The position numbers and the translations under genes were made by a program. Under the pieces are notes generated by a model. The model saw only the letters and a list, made by a program, of their open reading frames with translations, was not told where the DNA came from and ran no database searches. This document shows, piece by piece, positions 62,600 through 64,000 of a stretch of DNA of 64,000 nt (within the stretch, counting starts at the first letter, position 1; every line of letters begins with the position of its first letter). The stretch covers positions 1 through 64,000 of the forward strand of contig MCFH01000056.1 in the NCBI GenBank assembly GCA_002104945.1, in the 5' to 3' direction. This stretch comes from Piromyces finnis finn. Taxonomy: Eukaryota > Fungi > Neocallimastigomycota.

Positions 62600-64000
62600 T
62601 GTAACGCGTATCTATATAAGTATTTAATAATGTGGTAATTAATAAACTTTATATAGATAATAATTTTGATCCCAATAAGTCAATTAATTTTATTTATTAA
62701 AATTTTTAATTATTTTTTATTTAAATTATTTTTTAATAATAAATATTTTTTTTTTTTTTTAAAATTTAAAAGTTAAAAGTTAATAGTTAATAAAAACACA
62801 ATTTTTTTAATTTTCGATTCAAACCACTTCTATTTATACTTTTTCTAAATCTGATGTGGCTAAATCAAAAATTTTAATTATCTTTCTAGATTGTTCTTTA
62901 AATTAAAAATTGCATAAGATGAATCCCGTGATAAAATTACAAAAAATATTTGATTTTTCGAATATTCGAACTTATTCTTTTTCGAATAAGTTCTATAAGT
63001 TTCTATGAGTCGTAAATTAAATTGTTAAATAAATAATCTAAAATAGATTTCGGATCAAGGTGTGAGTCGAACCCGAGTGATCCAGATTAATGTCTTAAAT
63101 ACTAACCATTAAGACAATATTAATTATCTAATAGATTCGTTACATGGTCTTCCTCCAGGATTCGGATACCAGACGAATCTTTGGATTCATTTTATGTTTT
63201 ATTACAATAATAATTTTTTTAAGCTATATAATTACTATATAATTAAACTATACTAATTGAATTACAATAAAATAATTTTTTTTTTTTTTTTTTTTTACAT
63301 TATACATTTAATATTAAATACATGCTTAAAGAAAATCTAAAATTTAAGAAAATTTAAAGAAGTTATTTTTTTTTTTAAATTAAAATTAAAAATAAATTAA
63401 AAATAAAGTTTCTGTTGAAATCATTTCTTTTTATTGAATTCCTTAAGTAGTTCTGGACAATTCAAATTTGTTTCTGGCTCCCAAGATGCTTCAGATATTG
63501 GGTATCCTTTCCATTTAATTAGATATTGGACTTTACCATAATATCTTCTTTTATCCAATATCTCTTCGACTTCAAATTCTTCCTTATTATCCACAATAAC
63601 CGGCGGAGGTGGCGGTTGCTTTCTATTGAACTTGTCTTCATGGTAGGGTTCCAATTCTGAAACGTGGATGACTGGATGAATGCGAATTTCTTTTGGTAAC
63701 TCCAATTTGAAAGAAACTGGAGAAATTTTTTCAATTATTTTGTACGGACCAAGTTTTCTAGGTTTTAACTTCTTATTACCATTACGCATTATTAAAGAAC
63801 TGTTGATCCATACTTTATCATTTACCTTGAGTTCAGGGGCTTTACTTCTGTGTTTGTTTGCGAATTTTTCTTGTTGATTAATGGATTTCTTCAAGTTATC
63901 TTTAAGAGTTTTAATTATTTCTTTGAAATTTCTTGTGAATTCATCCGCAGTTGGTATCTCGGTACGACTTGGTAAAATTGGAGAATGTTTTGGATTATAG
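62600..64000 (-). mobile_element. 3' end of a chromoviral Gypsy element, family M (3' LTR 62600-63144); continues beyond the window
   Basis: ORF 63421-63894 has GPYK and a canonical chromodomain [11 protein letters not shown]...[23 protein letters not shown] precedes TGTAACGAATC. Confidence 0.93.

Noticed and set aside
62145-62604. Two short plus-strand ORFs
   Set aside because: One is a poly-A run-through. The other has no recognisable motif and ends in G LTR sequence.
1-64000. CRISPR array or prokaryotic operon
   Set aside because: No regularly spaced repeat-spacer units or cas genes. All long repeats resolve as LTRs, and the context is eukaryotic.

Overview
Extremely AT-rich eukaryotic DNA, most consistent with an anaerobic gut fungus (Neocallimastigomycota). 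This is inferred from base composition plus remnants of CBM18, S8 subtilase and AAA-ATPase-like/PD-(D/E)XK (DUF1703) genes. No intact host gene is present. About 85% of the window (8.6-64 kb) is a deeply nested Ty3/Gypsy LTR-retrotransposon cluster. It holds two apparently intact young elements: chromovirus F (36920-42368) and a non-chromo, tRNA-primed, -1 frameshift element E (51866-59475). It also holds an RT-deleted element A (43259-50060), an inter-family chimera (23568-28934), a copia remnant, and more than 25 solo LTRs from over 10 families, many with exact target-site duplications (TSDs). Family letters are my own labels. The first 7.4 kb carry a decayed, intronless minus-strand gene cluster. 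It includes a stand-alone C-terminal RNA polymerase RPB1 (trigger-loop) gene and a probable viral early transcription factor large subunit, i.e. a likely endogenous giant-virus (Nucleocytoviricota) relic. Highlights: (1) that viral relic; (2) three unrelated LTR families with perfect 11-nt Tf1-type self-primer/PBS pairs sharing an AG-N7-AT / AT-N7-CT pattern; (3) a lineage of LTRs inserted repeatedly at the same ATTAA inside another family's LTR; (4) tRNA-like Pol III A/B boxes at the start of several LTR families; (5) an LTR-mediated inversion revealed by swapped TSDs. All protein assignments come from motif recognition by eye; no database search was run.
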